The position numbers and the translations under genes were made by a program. DNA of 64,000 nucleotides, from positions 2,043-66,042 of the forward strand of contig CACHBB010000002.1 of NCBI GenBank assembly GCA_902577945.1, in the 5' to 3' direction. Of the stretch, positions 9,736 through 18,577 are shown in pieces; the stretch's first letter is position 1, and each line of letters opens with the position of its first letter. Origin of the DNA: an uncultured Alphaproteobacteria bacterium. Lineage in GTDB: Bacteria > Pseudomonadota > Alphaproteobacteria > HIMB59 > GCA-002718135. The notes under the pieces are model-generated. The model had not been told where the DNA came from, made no database searches, and saw nothing but the letters and a program-made list of their open reading frames with translations.

Positions 9736-10533
9736 ATGGTTTACATTTTTTCGGCAATTTTTCTATATATTTTTTTTGGTTTCCTTCTTTATGTTTTTCA
9801 AAGACGCATACTTTTCAACAAATCTGGACATCCTGGCACACCTAAAGACTATGATTTACATTCAACATCTGAAATACAAATTCATACTGATGATGATATA
9901 AGTCTTTTATCTTGGTTTCATTTAGGAAATAAGAGTCTTCCATTGTTAATTTATTTTCATGGAAATTCATTTCATATAGGAGATAGGGCCTACAGGATTA
10001 AAAGATATGTCGATCAAAATTGGAGCGTTCTTTTAGTCTCGTGGAGAGGTTTTGGAGGAAATAAAGGAAATCCAACTGAAAAAAATCTCTATAAAGATGG
10101 GGAAGCGGTATTAAAATGGATTAAAGAAAAAACAGAGTTTAAATTAGATCAAGTTATTATCTATGGCGAATCTCTTGGATCAGGTGTAGCTGTAGAGCTT
10201 GGAACAAAATACAATTTTTTATCAATAGTTTTAGAGGCACCATTTACATCAATTGAGGATGTAGCTAAAATGAGATACAGAATCTTTCCAGCTAAATACC
10301 TAGTAAAAGACAAATTTGATAATTTTAGTAAAATAGATAGACTAAAATCACCACTTTTAATTATAAGTGGTAAAAAGGATGAAATTGTACCTCATAATCA
10401 TAGTATTAAATTATATGAAAAGGCTAATGTAGAAAAAAAATGTGTTTTTATTGACGAAGCAATACATAATAATTTATACGATTTTGGCATTGAAAAAGAC
10501 GTAATTGAATTTAATTTAAGCTTATGGAAATAG
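9736..10533 (+). CDS. Alpha/beta hydrolase with N-terminal membrane anchor
   Basis: 265 aa with an N-terminal TM helix, nucleophile elbow GESLGSG and a C-terminal D...H consistent with a Ser-Asp-His triad (BEM46-like). Confidence 0.7.
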   Translation: MVYIFSAIFLYIFFGFLLYVFQRRILFNKSGHPGTPKDYDLHSTSEIQIHTDDDISLLSWFHLGNKSLPLLIYFHGNSFHIGDRAYRIKRYVDQNWSVLLVSWRGFGGNKGNPTEKNLYKDGEAVLKWIKEKTEFKLDQVIIYGESLGSGVAVELGTKYNFLSIVLEAPFTSIEDVAKMRYRIFPAKYLVKDKFDNFSKIDRLKSPLLIISGKKDEIVPHNHSIKLYEKANVEKKCVFIDEAIHNNLYDFGIEKDVIEFNLSLWK

Positions 10534-11825
10534 ATTTAACAACTTCATATGTAGGTATATTAAGCCTTATTGTTTTTGTTTTAGCATATGCTGTTGTTAT
10601 GGCTGAAGAATTTAGCCATTTAAGAAAATCTAAACCAGTCATAATATCAGCGGCTCTTATTTGGGCAATCATTGCTTATCATTTTGCTGGCGATAAGGAA
10701 TACGGTCATGAGATAGAACATGCGCTAGAACATAATGTTTTAGAGTTTGCTGAACTGTTTTTATTTTTACTGGTTGCAATGACATACATTAATGCTTTGG
10801 AAGAAAGAAAAGTTTTTGATAATGTTAGATATCAATTAACATCAAGAGGATTTAGTTTCAGACAACTTTTTATATTTACTGGAATAATTACTTTTTTCCT
10901 TTCACCCATTGCCGATAATCTAACAACTGCACTTGTAATGTGCTCTGTAGTAATGGCATGTGGTAAAGGAAATTCAAAATTTATTTCAATTGGTTGTATA
11001 AATATAGTTGTAGCAGCAAATGCTGGAGGAGCTTTCAGCCCATTTGGTGATATTACTACATTGATGGTATGGCAAGCTGGTATTGTAGAATTTTTTACTT
11101 TCTTTAAGATATTTTTCCCATCTGTAATAAATTATATAATTCCAGCAGCTGTAATGTATTTCTTTATACCTAATGAAAAACCAGAAGTAAGTTCAGAAAA
11201 AGTTATTATTAAAAGAGGTGGAAAATTTATAATTTTTTTAGGATTATTCACAATATTTAGTGCAGTTAATTTTCATAATATTCTACACTTGCCGCCTATG
11301 TTAGGAATGATGTTTGGCCTAGGTCTTTTAGGTCTATTTTCTTTTTATTTAAAAATAACATACAATCCATCTAAAGAAGATGAAAAATTTGACTTTTTTA
11401 AAAAAGTATCAAGAGCTGAATGGGATACATTATTATTTTTCTTTGGAGTTATATTAAGTGTAGGTGGATTAGGTTTTATAGGATACCTCACTTTAGTATC
11501 AGAATTTTTATATGTTGGCTTAGGCCCAACAATGGCAAATGCTATTGTTGGAGTGTTGTCAGCTATTGTTGATAATATTCCAGTTATGTTTGCAGTTATT
11601 ACAATGAGACCTGAAATGTCCATAGATCAGTGGTTATTAGTAACCCTGACCACTGGAGTTGGAGGAAGTTTATTATCAATTGGATCTGCAGCTGGTGTAG
11701 CTTTAATGGGACAAGCTAGAGGATATTATACTTTCTTTGGTCATCTTAAATGGACACCTGTTATTTTTTTAGGATATGTAGCTAGTATTTATCTCCATGT
11801 TTTAATGGCTGACTTGCCTTGGTAA
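10524..11825 (+). CDS. NhaD/ArsB-family ion transporter (probable Na+/H+ antiporter NhaD)
   Basis: 433 aa polytopic membrane protein resembling NhaD-type antiporters. It overlaps the upstream hydrolase by 10 nt. Confidence 0.7.
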   Translation: MEIDLTTSYVGILSLIVFVLAYAVVMAEEFSHLRKSKPVIISAALIWAIIAYHFAGDKEYGHEIEHALEHNVLEFAELFLFLLVAMTYINALEERKVFDNVRYQLTSRGFSFRQLFIFTGIITFFLSPIADNLTTALVMCSVVMACGKGNSKFISIGCINIVVAANAGGAFSPFGDITTLMVWQAGIVEFFTFFKIFFPSVINYIIPAAVMYFFIPNEKPEVSSEKVIIKRGGKFIIFLGLFTIFSAVNFHNILHLPPMLGMMFGLGLLGLFSFYLKITYNPSKEDEKFDFFKKVSRAEWDTLLFFFGVILSVGGLGFIGYLTLVSEFLYVGLGPTMANAIVGVLSAIVDNIPVMFAVITMRPEMSIDQWLLVTLTTGVGGSLLSIGSAAGVALMGQARGYYTFFGHLKWTPVIFLGYVASIYLHVLMADLPW

Positions 11826-13384
11826 TTTAAATTATCAATAGCTAAATAAATTATCATACTAAATATTAAAATAACACCTGCAACAAAAGAAGCTTCATTA
11901 AACCTATAAATACTAATCAATTTATAAAGATATGATGGTAAAGTATCAAAATTTTGATCTTTAAAAAATGAAATTATCGTAAAATCACCGAAAGTAATAA
12001 CTGTTGAAAATGCAAAAACAAAAATTATATTTTTTCTTATAAGTGGTAGTAAAATTATAAAATAATTTTTTAAACTAATACGAAAAGTTTGCTGAAAACT
12101 TTCAAAATTTAAAAAAATATTTTTTAGATTATTAAAAAGTATTAATATTGAAAAAGGTATTAAAAAAAGACAATTAATTAAAATTATAACTAAATACTTG
12201 AAAAAATGTAAATATCTTAATTCACCTAATATAATAAAGTAGCCAAGGCTAAAAATAATTGGTGAGATTATTATTATTGATGAACTAATTAAAAAAATAG
12301 ATTGTTGAAAAAATATATTTTTATAATTTATCACTAATATTGATGAAATTATAAAACCAAATATACTGACAATGATTGCTGTAGTAATTGAAATTATTAA
12401 TGAATTAAAAAAAGATTCTAAAAATTTTGCATTAAATAATGTTGTATAATATCCATTATGAATAAAATTATATATTACACAAAAAATTGGTGAAAAGAAA
12501 AAGATTGAAAAAAATATAATTAGTAAAAAATCTATAGTTTTAATTACTTTATAATCTCTTTGAGGATGGATAAAATTAATTTGATCTACATCAAAAAAAT
12601 TTGAACCTTTTAATTTGTAGAAACCAATAAATAAGAAAAATAAACAAATAAATATTTGTAAAAAACTGAGTAAAATTGCCTTGTTAAAATTTAGTTCAAA
12701 AAGTGCATATTGATAAATTGCCACCTCAATTGTTGAGTACATAGGCCCCCCACCTAAAGCCATAACTATTGCAAAACTTAAAAAGCAGAGTGAAAATATT
12801 ATTGAGAAAACAATAAAAAAATTTTGTTTAATATAAGGTAATTCCAATCTAATAAGATTTCCTAAAAATTTAATATTTAGAGATTCAGATATTTCATAAT
12901 ATTTTGATGGAATACTATTTAATGATTGGATAAATAATCTGGTTGCAAATGGAGTATTTAGAAGTGTATGGGCTATTAAAATTGCTTTTATCCCAAAAAT
13001 TGTATCAATGGACAAGTATTCGTACAGATTTAAATATGAGTTATAAAATCCGTTATTTCCGTAGAGCTTAATAACTGCATAAACTATTAAGATTGTTGGA
13101 ATTACAAAACAAAATCCACAAAGAGAAATAATAAATTTAATTATTTTTGAATCCTTATGTCTATTTAATGCTAATGCAAATGGAATAGCTAAAAAACAAC
13201 TTAATATTGCAGAAACAAAAGCTTGATAAACTGAAAAATAAATTAATCGATGCGTATAAGAATTTTGAAAAAAATCAAAAAATAAATTCAAATCATAATT
13301 AACTTTTGAAACAATACCTATGAAAGGTAATATTATTATTAATCCAAAGAAAAATAATACTGAAAAGTTAGATTTGTAATACAA
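11789..13384 (-). CDS. thiP: Thiamine ABC transporter permease (fused double permease)
   Basis: 531 aa with two tandem ABC permease modules, as in E. coli ThiP. It lies directly downstream of thiB. Its 3-prime end overlaps convergent nhaD by 37 nt. Confidence 0.85.
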   Translation of the reverse strand: MYYKSNFSVLFFFGLIIILPFIGIVSKVNYDLNLFFDFFQNSYTHRLIYFSVYQAFVSAILSCFLAIPFALALNRHKDSKIIKFIISLCGFCFVIPTILIVYAVIKLYGNNGFYNSYLNLYEYLSIDTIFGIKAILIAHTLLNTPFATRLFIQSLNSIPSKYYEISESLNIKFLGNLIRLELPYIKQNFFIVFSIIFSLCFLSFAIVMALGGGPMYSTIEVAIYQYALFELNFNKAILLSFLQIFICLFFLFIGFYKLKGSNFFDVDQINFIHPQRDYKVIKTIDFLLIIFFSIFFFSPIFCVIYNFIHNGYYTTLFNAKFLESFFNSLIISITTAIIVSIFGFIISSILVINYKNIFFQQSIFLISSSIIIISPIIFSLGYFIILGELRYLHFFKYLVIILINCLFLIPFSILILFNNLKNIFLNFESFQQTFRISLKNYFIILLPLIRKNIIFVFAFSTVITFGDFTIISFFKDQNFDTLPSYLYKLISIYRFNEASFVAGVILIFSMIIYLAIDNLNYQGKSAIKTWR

Positions 13385-13389
13385 TTTAT

Positions 13390-14373
13390 TTAAGAAGCAT
13401 TAAGCCATTCATCAATCCATTTTTCTTTGTTTATATTAATTTCTTTTGGATCTATTTGAATAATATTAGGTATTTCTAATTTATTAAATGCTTCAGGCAA
13501 ATCTTTAATTGTTGTTACTGGGTACATTATATTTGTAGACGGAATTACTGATTGGAATTCTTCTGACAGCATAAAGTTAAGAAATATATTTGCTAAATCT
13601 TTATTTTTTGAATTATTTAAGATTCCAGCAAATTCAATTGTTATATAATTTCCTTCTTCAAAGGTTGTTGCGCGAATATCATATCTGTCTTCAAACATAA
13701 TATGAGCTGCAGGAGATGTAGTATAACTTAATACCATGTCTGCTTCTCCCGCCATAAAAAAATTATAGTATGCATCCGTCCAACCTTTTGTAACAGAAAT
13801 AATTTTTTTATTTAATTTTTTCCATTCAGCAGCAGCTTTATCTCCATATATGGCTTTCATCCAAGTTAATAATCCTAATCCTGGGGTAGAGGTTCTTGGG
13901 TCTTGAATTACAATTCTAGCATTAGTAGAATTAATTAACTCATCCATAGATTTTGGTGGTGATTCTAAACTTGCCTCATTATATACAAAAGAAAAGTAGC
14001 CAAAATTATATGGAACAAATTTATTACTTTCCCATTCTAATGGTAAATTCATAAGAGAGTTAATATTGTTAATATTATGAGTTGTGAAAAGCTCAGATTT
14101 ATCTGCTAGGTCAAATAAATTCATATCAAGACCTAAAACTATATCTGCCTTAGAGGTATCACCTTCTAAAATTACTTTATTTAATAATGTTGCCGCACTG
14201 TCTACTGCGATAAAATTAATATCTGTATTATATTTTTCTTCAAATTTTTTTTCAATAATAGGTCCCGGGCCCCATTCAGAAACAAAAGAGTCATAGGTAT
14301 ATATAGTTAGTTTATCAGCATAGATTGAAAAAGAGATTGATAGGGTAGTAAAAAAAATTAAAATTATTTTCAT
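13390..14373 (-). CDS. thiB: Thiamine/TPP-binding periplasmic protein
   Basis: 327 aa. From memory it is colinear with E. coli TbpA (YTYDSF..WGPGP, DPRTSTPGLGLL, VLSYTTSPA motifs). It has a signal peptide and is preceded by a TPP riboswitch. Confidence 0.9.
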   Translation of the reverse strand: MKIILIFFTTLSISFSIYADKLTIYTYDSFVSEWGPGPIIEKKFEEKYNTDINFIAVDSAATLLNKVILEGDTSKADIVLGLDMNLFDLADKSELFTTHNINNINSLMNLPLEWESNKFVPYNFGYFSFVYNEASLESPPKSMDELINSTNARIVIQDPRTSTPGLGLLTWMKAIYGDKAAAEWKKLNKKIISVTKGWTDAYYNFFMAGEADMVLSYTTSPAAHIMFEDRYDIRATTFEEGNYITIEFAGILNNSKNKDLANIFLNFMLSEEFQSVIPSTNIMYPVTTIKDLPEAFNKLEIPNIIQIDPKEININKEKWIDEWLNAS

Positions 14374-14375
14374 AT

Positions 14376-14456
14376 TTCCTCCGCTGGCATTATCCAGATC
14401 AGGTTAAAAGGGTATAAATCTCAGCATTTAAGCACCCCTAATATTGTTATAATAAA
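14376..14456 (-). promoter_or_regulatory. TPP (THI-box) riboswitch in the thiB leader
   Basis: The minus strand reads TTAGGGGTGCTTAAATGCTGAGATTTATACCCTTTTAACCTGATCTGGATAATGCCAGCGGAGGAAATATG. This contains the conserved GGGGUGC, CUGAGA, ACCC and AACCUGAUCUGGAUAAUGCCAGCG elements. The GGAGG SD follows the aptamer directly, 5 nt before the ATG. Confidence 0.92.
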
Positions 14457-14522
14457 TATTATTAAGAAAACAAACATAAAAGAATTGTTTTTAATCAATA
14501 TATCAATATAAGAAATTTTTTT

Positions 14523-14599
14523 CGGGGAGTAGCGCAGCCTGGTAGCGCACCTGGTTTGGGACCAGGGGGTCGAAGGTTCGAATCCTTTCTCCCCGACCA
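14523..14599 (+). tRNA. tRNA-Pro (anticodon UGG)
   Basis: CGGGGAG acceptor pairs with CTCCCCG, the anticodon stem is CCTGG/CCAGG with loop TT-TGG-GA, the T-loop is GGTTCGAATCC, and CCA is encoded. Confidence 0.9.
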
Positions 14600-14655
14600 T
14601 GCTTAATTCTTGCCTATTTTTTGTTAATTTTAAAACTATATAAAGAAATTATAGA

Positions 14656-16266
14656 ATGATTAGATCTACAATCGGACAATTTGCTAACTCTCTTGGATTA
14701 AACAAAGATCAATATATTCCCAAAGAAGGCGCATCTTTTTCACTTTTTAAAATAGAAATTCTTTCTGGATTAACAGTTGCTATAGCATTAGTTCCAGAAG
14801 CTATTGCTTTTGCATTTGTTGCCGGTGTTGCTCCATTATCTGGATTGTACGCTGCCTTTATAGTAGGTTTGGTTACGGCATTCATTGGAGGTAGGCCAGG
14901 AATGATTTCAGGAGCTACAGGAGCATTAGCTGTTGTAATGGTATCTTTAGTTGCTGAACATGGGACTCAGTATCTTTTTGCTACAGTTGTACTTATGGGA
15001 ATATTACAATTGTTAGCTGGTATTTTCAAATTAGGTAAATTCATGAGAATGGTGCCACAACCTGTTATGTTAGGTTTTGTAAATGGTTTAGCGATTGTAA
15101 TTGGATTATCACAATTACATCAATTTCAAATTATTAATTTTGATGGCTCTTTTACATGGATGTCTGGAGAAGTTTTAACTTATTCATTAGTACTTGTTTT
15201 TTTAACTATGTTAATAATTTGGTATCTTCCAAGGGTAACTAAAATAATTCCATCTACTTTAGCTGCGATACTTTTAGTGACATCTCTTGTATTAGTATTA
15301 GATTTACCCGTTCCTCGTGTTGGAGATTTAGCAAGTGTTGCAGGAGGATTACCTAAATTTTCAATACCAACTGTTCCACTTAATTTTGAAACCTTCACTA
15401 TTATTTTTCCTTATGCTGTAATTCTAGCTGCCATTGGTTTAATTGAAAGTTTATTGACATTAAATTTAGTTGGTGAACTAACAAACAAAAAAGGTGGAAC
15501 AAGTCAAGAGTGTTTAGCTCAAGGGTTTGCAAATAGTATTACCGGTTTTTTTGGCGGCATGGGTGGCTGTGCAATGATTGGTCAGTCCATGATTAATGTT
15601 AAATCTGGAGGTAGAACAAGAATAGCAGGTATAGCAGCTGCGTTATTTCTTCTGATTTTCATTCTATATACTTCTAATTTAATAGAACTAATACCAATAG
15701 CTTCTCTAGTTGGTGTGATGTTTATGGTTGTTATTGGAACTTTTGCATGGAACTCACTAAAATTATTATTTTATGTTCCTAAATCAGATGCTTTAGTTAT
15801 AATCTTAGTAACTATAATAACTGTTTTAGAAGATTTAGCAGTTGCAGTTGTGGCTGGGGTAATAATAAATGCTTTAGTATTTGCATGGAAATCTGCATCA
15901 AGAATTAGAGCAATTGAAAGACAATCTAAAACTGAGAAAGGAGCTAAAGTTTATGAAATTGAAGGCCCACTATTTTTTAGTTCAACAAACAGTTTTCTTG
16001 AAATATTTAAACCAAATGAAGATCCTGATCTAGTAATAATTGATTTTGCAAATTCAAAAGTAATTGATCAATCAGCATTAAAAGCAATAGAAGATATAGC
16101 AGAGAGATACTCAAAAATAGGAAAAAAAGTTAAATTAAGACATTTGACAAAAGATTGCCATCGGTTGCTTAGAAGAACAGGTCAGCTAATAGTTGATAGT
16201 GACGATGATCCTGATTATGGCATTGCTGTAGATTATGGAGTAAAATTAGGTATATTTGGAAAGTAA
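14656..16266 (+). CDS. SulP-family anion transporter with C-terminal STAS domain
   Basis: 536 aa with a polytopic SulP core (LSGLTVAIALVPEAIAFA, GGRPGMISGATGA) and a C-terminal STAS-like domain. Substrate cannot be read from the sequence. Confidence 0.85.
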   Translation: MIRSTIGQFANSLGLNKDQYIPKEGASFSLFKIEILSGLTVAIALVPEAIAFAFVAGVAPLSGLYAAFIVGLVTAFIGGRPGMISGATGALAVVMVSLVAEHGTQYLFATVVLMGILQLLAGIFKLGKFMRMVPQPVMLGFVNGLAIVIGLSQLHQFQIINFDGSFTWMSGEVLTYSLVLVFLTMLIIWYLPRVTKIIPSTLAAILLVTSLVLVLDLPVPRVGDLASVAGGLPKFSIPTVPLNFETFTIIFPYAVILAAIGLIESLLTLNLVGELTNKKGGTSQECLAQGFANSITGFFGGMGGCAMIGQSMINVKSGGRTRIAGIAAALFLLIFILYTSNLIELIPIASLVGVMFMVVIGTFAWNSLKLLFYVPKSDALVIILVTIITVLEDLAVAVVAGVIINALVFAWKSASRIRAIERQSKTEKGAKVYEIEGPLFFSSTNSFLEIFKPNEDPDLVIIDFANSKVIDQSALKAIEDIAERYSKIGKKVKLRHLTKDCHRLLRRTGQLIVDSDDDPDYGIAVDYGVKLGIFGK

Positions 16267-16326
16267 CTTTGTTGTTATATATATTTACAAATTCTAATCG
16301 TACAATACTTTAATATAGATTTAAAA

Positions 16327-17040
16327 ATGAAAATTGAGCAATATCATAAAATGGCTCTTGAACAGAATTATCACTGGTGGTTTGAAGGTAGAAAGAAAAT
16401 TATTAATACATTCATAAAAAAATTTTCAATTCACAAAAGTTCAAAAATACTAGATATTGGAGCTGGCACAGGATCAAATATCAATATTTTAAATAAATAT
16501 GGAAAATTAGAAATTTTAGAACCAAATGATGTCGCAATAAATTATTTACAGAAAAAAAATCCAACACTAAAAATTACAAAAGGGAAATGTCCTGAAGATT
16601 TAAATTTTAAAGATAAATTTGATTTAATTTGTCTTTTTGACGTTCTTGAACATATAGAAAATGATGCTCAAACAATTAATAAATTACATTATCTATTAAA
16701 TGCAGGTGGTAGAATTTTTATAACAGTTCCTTCATATAAATTTTTATGGACTAAGCATGATGAAGAAATGAAACATTTTAGAAGATATTCTAAAAAACAA
16801 TTAAAAAAATTGTTTATAAATAATTTTTCATTGGAGTATTTAACTCATTTTAATACTATTCTTTTCCCTGCTGCTTTAATTGATAGATTAATAAAAAAAA
16901 TAATATATTTAAAATCTAAAAATAAAAATTCTTTTTTGAATTATATTTTTTATAAAATATTTAGTATTGAAAGTTTTTTATTAAAATTTATCAATTTTCC
17001 ATTTGGCCTTTCAATGTTAATAGTGGTTAAAAAAAAATAA
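16327..17040 (+). CDS. Class I SAM-dependent methyltransferase
   Basis: 237 aa with SAM motif I ILDIGAGTGSN and post-I/II motifs (DLICLFDVLEHI, GGRIFITVP). Confidence 0.75.
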   Translation: MKIEQYHKMALEQNYHWWFEGRKKIINTFIKKFSIHKSSKILDIGAGTGSNINILNKYGKLEILEPNDVAINYLQKKNPTLKITKGKCPEDLNFKDKFDLICLFDVLEHIENDAQTINKLHYLLNAGGRIFITVPSYKFLWTKHDEEMKHFRRYSKKQLKKLFINNFSLEYLTHFNTILFPAALIDRLIKKIIYLKSKNKNSFLNYIFYKIFSIESFLLKFINFPFGLSMLIVVKKK

Positions 17041-17186
17041 TCACTTATTTTATTAAATCAACGAATACTAATTGATTAGTAAAAGTCCTTTTTATCTAGT
17101 ATTTAGACGATTTTATCACTTATACATAAAATAAATATTATTTTATAAGTAATTAATTTATTATATAGTTGTACTTTTTTAAAATT

Positions 17187-18119
17187 ATGAAAAAGAAGTT
17201 AATATCTGTTATCATTCCTATATTTAATGAATATCATACAATATCAATATTTATTAATAAGTTATCTAAAATTATTTCCTCAATAAAAAAATATAATTTT
17301 GAAATAATTTTTATTAATGACGGAAGTAGTGACAAAAGTCTTGATCTTCTTTTAAATTTAAAAAAAAAATTTAAAAATATTGTTATTATAGACTTTTCTA
17401 GAAATTTTGGAAAAGAATCGGCTCTCACTGCCGGAATTGATTTATCAAAAGGTCAAGCCGTAATACCAATTGATGTAGATCTACAAGATCCTCCTGAATT
17501 AATAACAAAGATGATTAAAAAGTGGGAAACCGGATCTTTAATTGTTGCTGCTAAAAGAATTAATAGGAAAAATGATAATTTTTTTAAAAGAAATTCAGCT
17601 AATTTTTTCTATTATTTGATGAACCTTTTAAGCAATGTGAATATATCTAAGAATGTCGGTGATTTTAGAATTATGGATAGAGTTGTTGTCGATGATATAA
17701 AAAAACTTAATGAAAAAAACAGATTTATGAAAGGTTTATTTGCTTGGCCAGGTTATAATATTGAATATATTGAATATAAAAGGGAAAGAAGAGTTGCAGG
17801 AAGTACAAAGTTTAATTTTTTCAAACTAACAAGACTAGCTATTGAAGGATTAACATCTTTTAGTACAGCTCCTTTAAAAATAATATCTTTATTTGGTTTT
17901 TTTGGAATTATATGTTCTTTTGTTTTATCGCTAATTATAATTTATCAAAGATTATTTACTGAATACTTAGTAAGTGGATATGCTTTTTTAGCTATAATAA
18001 TTTTATTTTTTGGAAGTGTTCAAATATTTTTCTTTGGAATTGTAGGCGAATATATTGGAAAAATTTATTTTGAAGTTAAAAATAGACCCCATTATTTAAT
18101 TAAAAAAATATACAAATAG
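17187..18119 (+). CDS. Family 2 glycosyltransferase, polyprenyl-phosphate sugar transferase type (GtrB/ArnC-like)
   Basis: N-terminal GT-A fold (SVIIPIFNE, NDGSSD, DVDLQDPP) plus two C-terminal TM helices. I prefer the ATG at 17187 over the TTG at 17169 in the ORF track. Confidence 0.8.
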   Translation: MKKKLISVIIPIFNEYHTISIFINKLSKIISSIKKYNFEIIFINDGSSDKSLDLLLNLKKKFKNIVIIDFSRNFGKESALTAGIDLSKGQAVIPIDVDLQDPPELITKMIKKWETGSLIVAAKRINRKNDNFFKRNSANFFYYLMNLLSNVNISKNVGDFRIMDRVVVDDIKKLNEKNRFMKGLFAWPGYNIEYIEYKRERRVAGSTKFNFFKLTRLAIEGLTSFSTAPLKIISLFGFFGIICSFVLSLIIIYQRLFTEYLVSGYAFLAIIILFFGSVQIFFFGIVGEYIGKIYFEVKNRPHYLIKKIYK

Positions 18120-18128
18120 AAATAAAAG

Positions 18129-18575
18129 TTATAATTTTCCATTTATTGTATATTTTAAAATCTTTACCACTTCTTCTACATTTTTAGTTACAGCATGTGA
18201 TGCAGCATCTATTTCCTTAAGAGCATGTTGATGTTCTTCATTGTGCATAATAATTAATGATTTATTAAGAGCTGCTGCGTATCCAGCATCAAATGCAGCA
18301 TTCCATTGTTTATATTTTTCACCAAAGCGGACTATCACAATATCAGATTTTTCAATTGCTGTTCGAGTTCTGATTGCATTAATTTTAGCACTTTTATTGT
18401 CATGCCAAAATTTGTTATTTTCGCTTCCAAGTATATTTACTCCTACATCATCTGACAATTCATGATCTGTGGTAGGACTTGAAAATTTAATTTCTAAGTT
18501 TTCATCTTTGCATTTTTCAATTATTTCATTTCTCCAATCTGTATGTATCTCACCTGATAAATAAACTTTAAGCAT
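18129..18575 (-). CDS. YtoQ-family protein (nucleoside 2-deoxyribosyltransferase-like fold)
   Basis: 148 aa. The N-terminus VYLSGEIHTDWR and overall length match my recollection of the YtoQ family. Confidence 0.6.
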   Translation of the reverse strand: MLKVYLSGEIHTDWRNEIIEKCKDENLEIKFSSPTTDHELSDDVGVNILGSENNKFWHDNKSAKINAIRTRTAIEKSDIVIVRFGEKYKQWNAAFDAGYAAALNKSLIIMHNEEHQHALKEIDAASHAVTKNVEEVVKILKYTINGKL

Positions 18576-18577
18576 TT

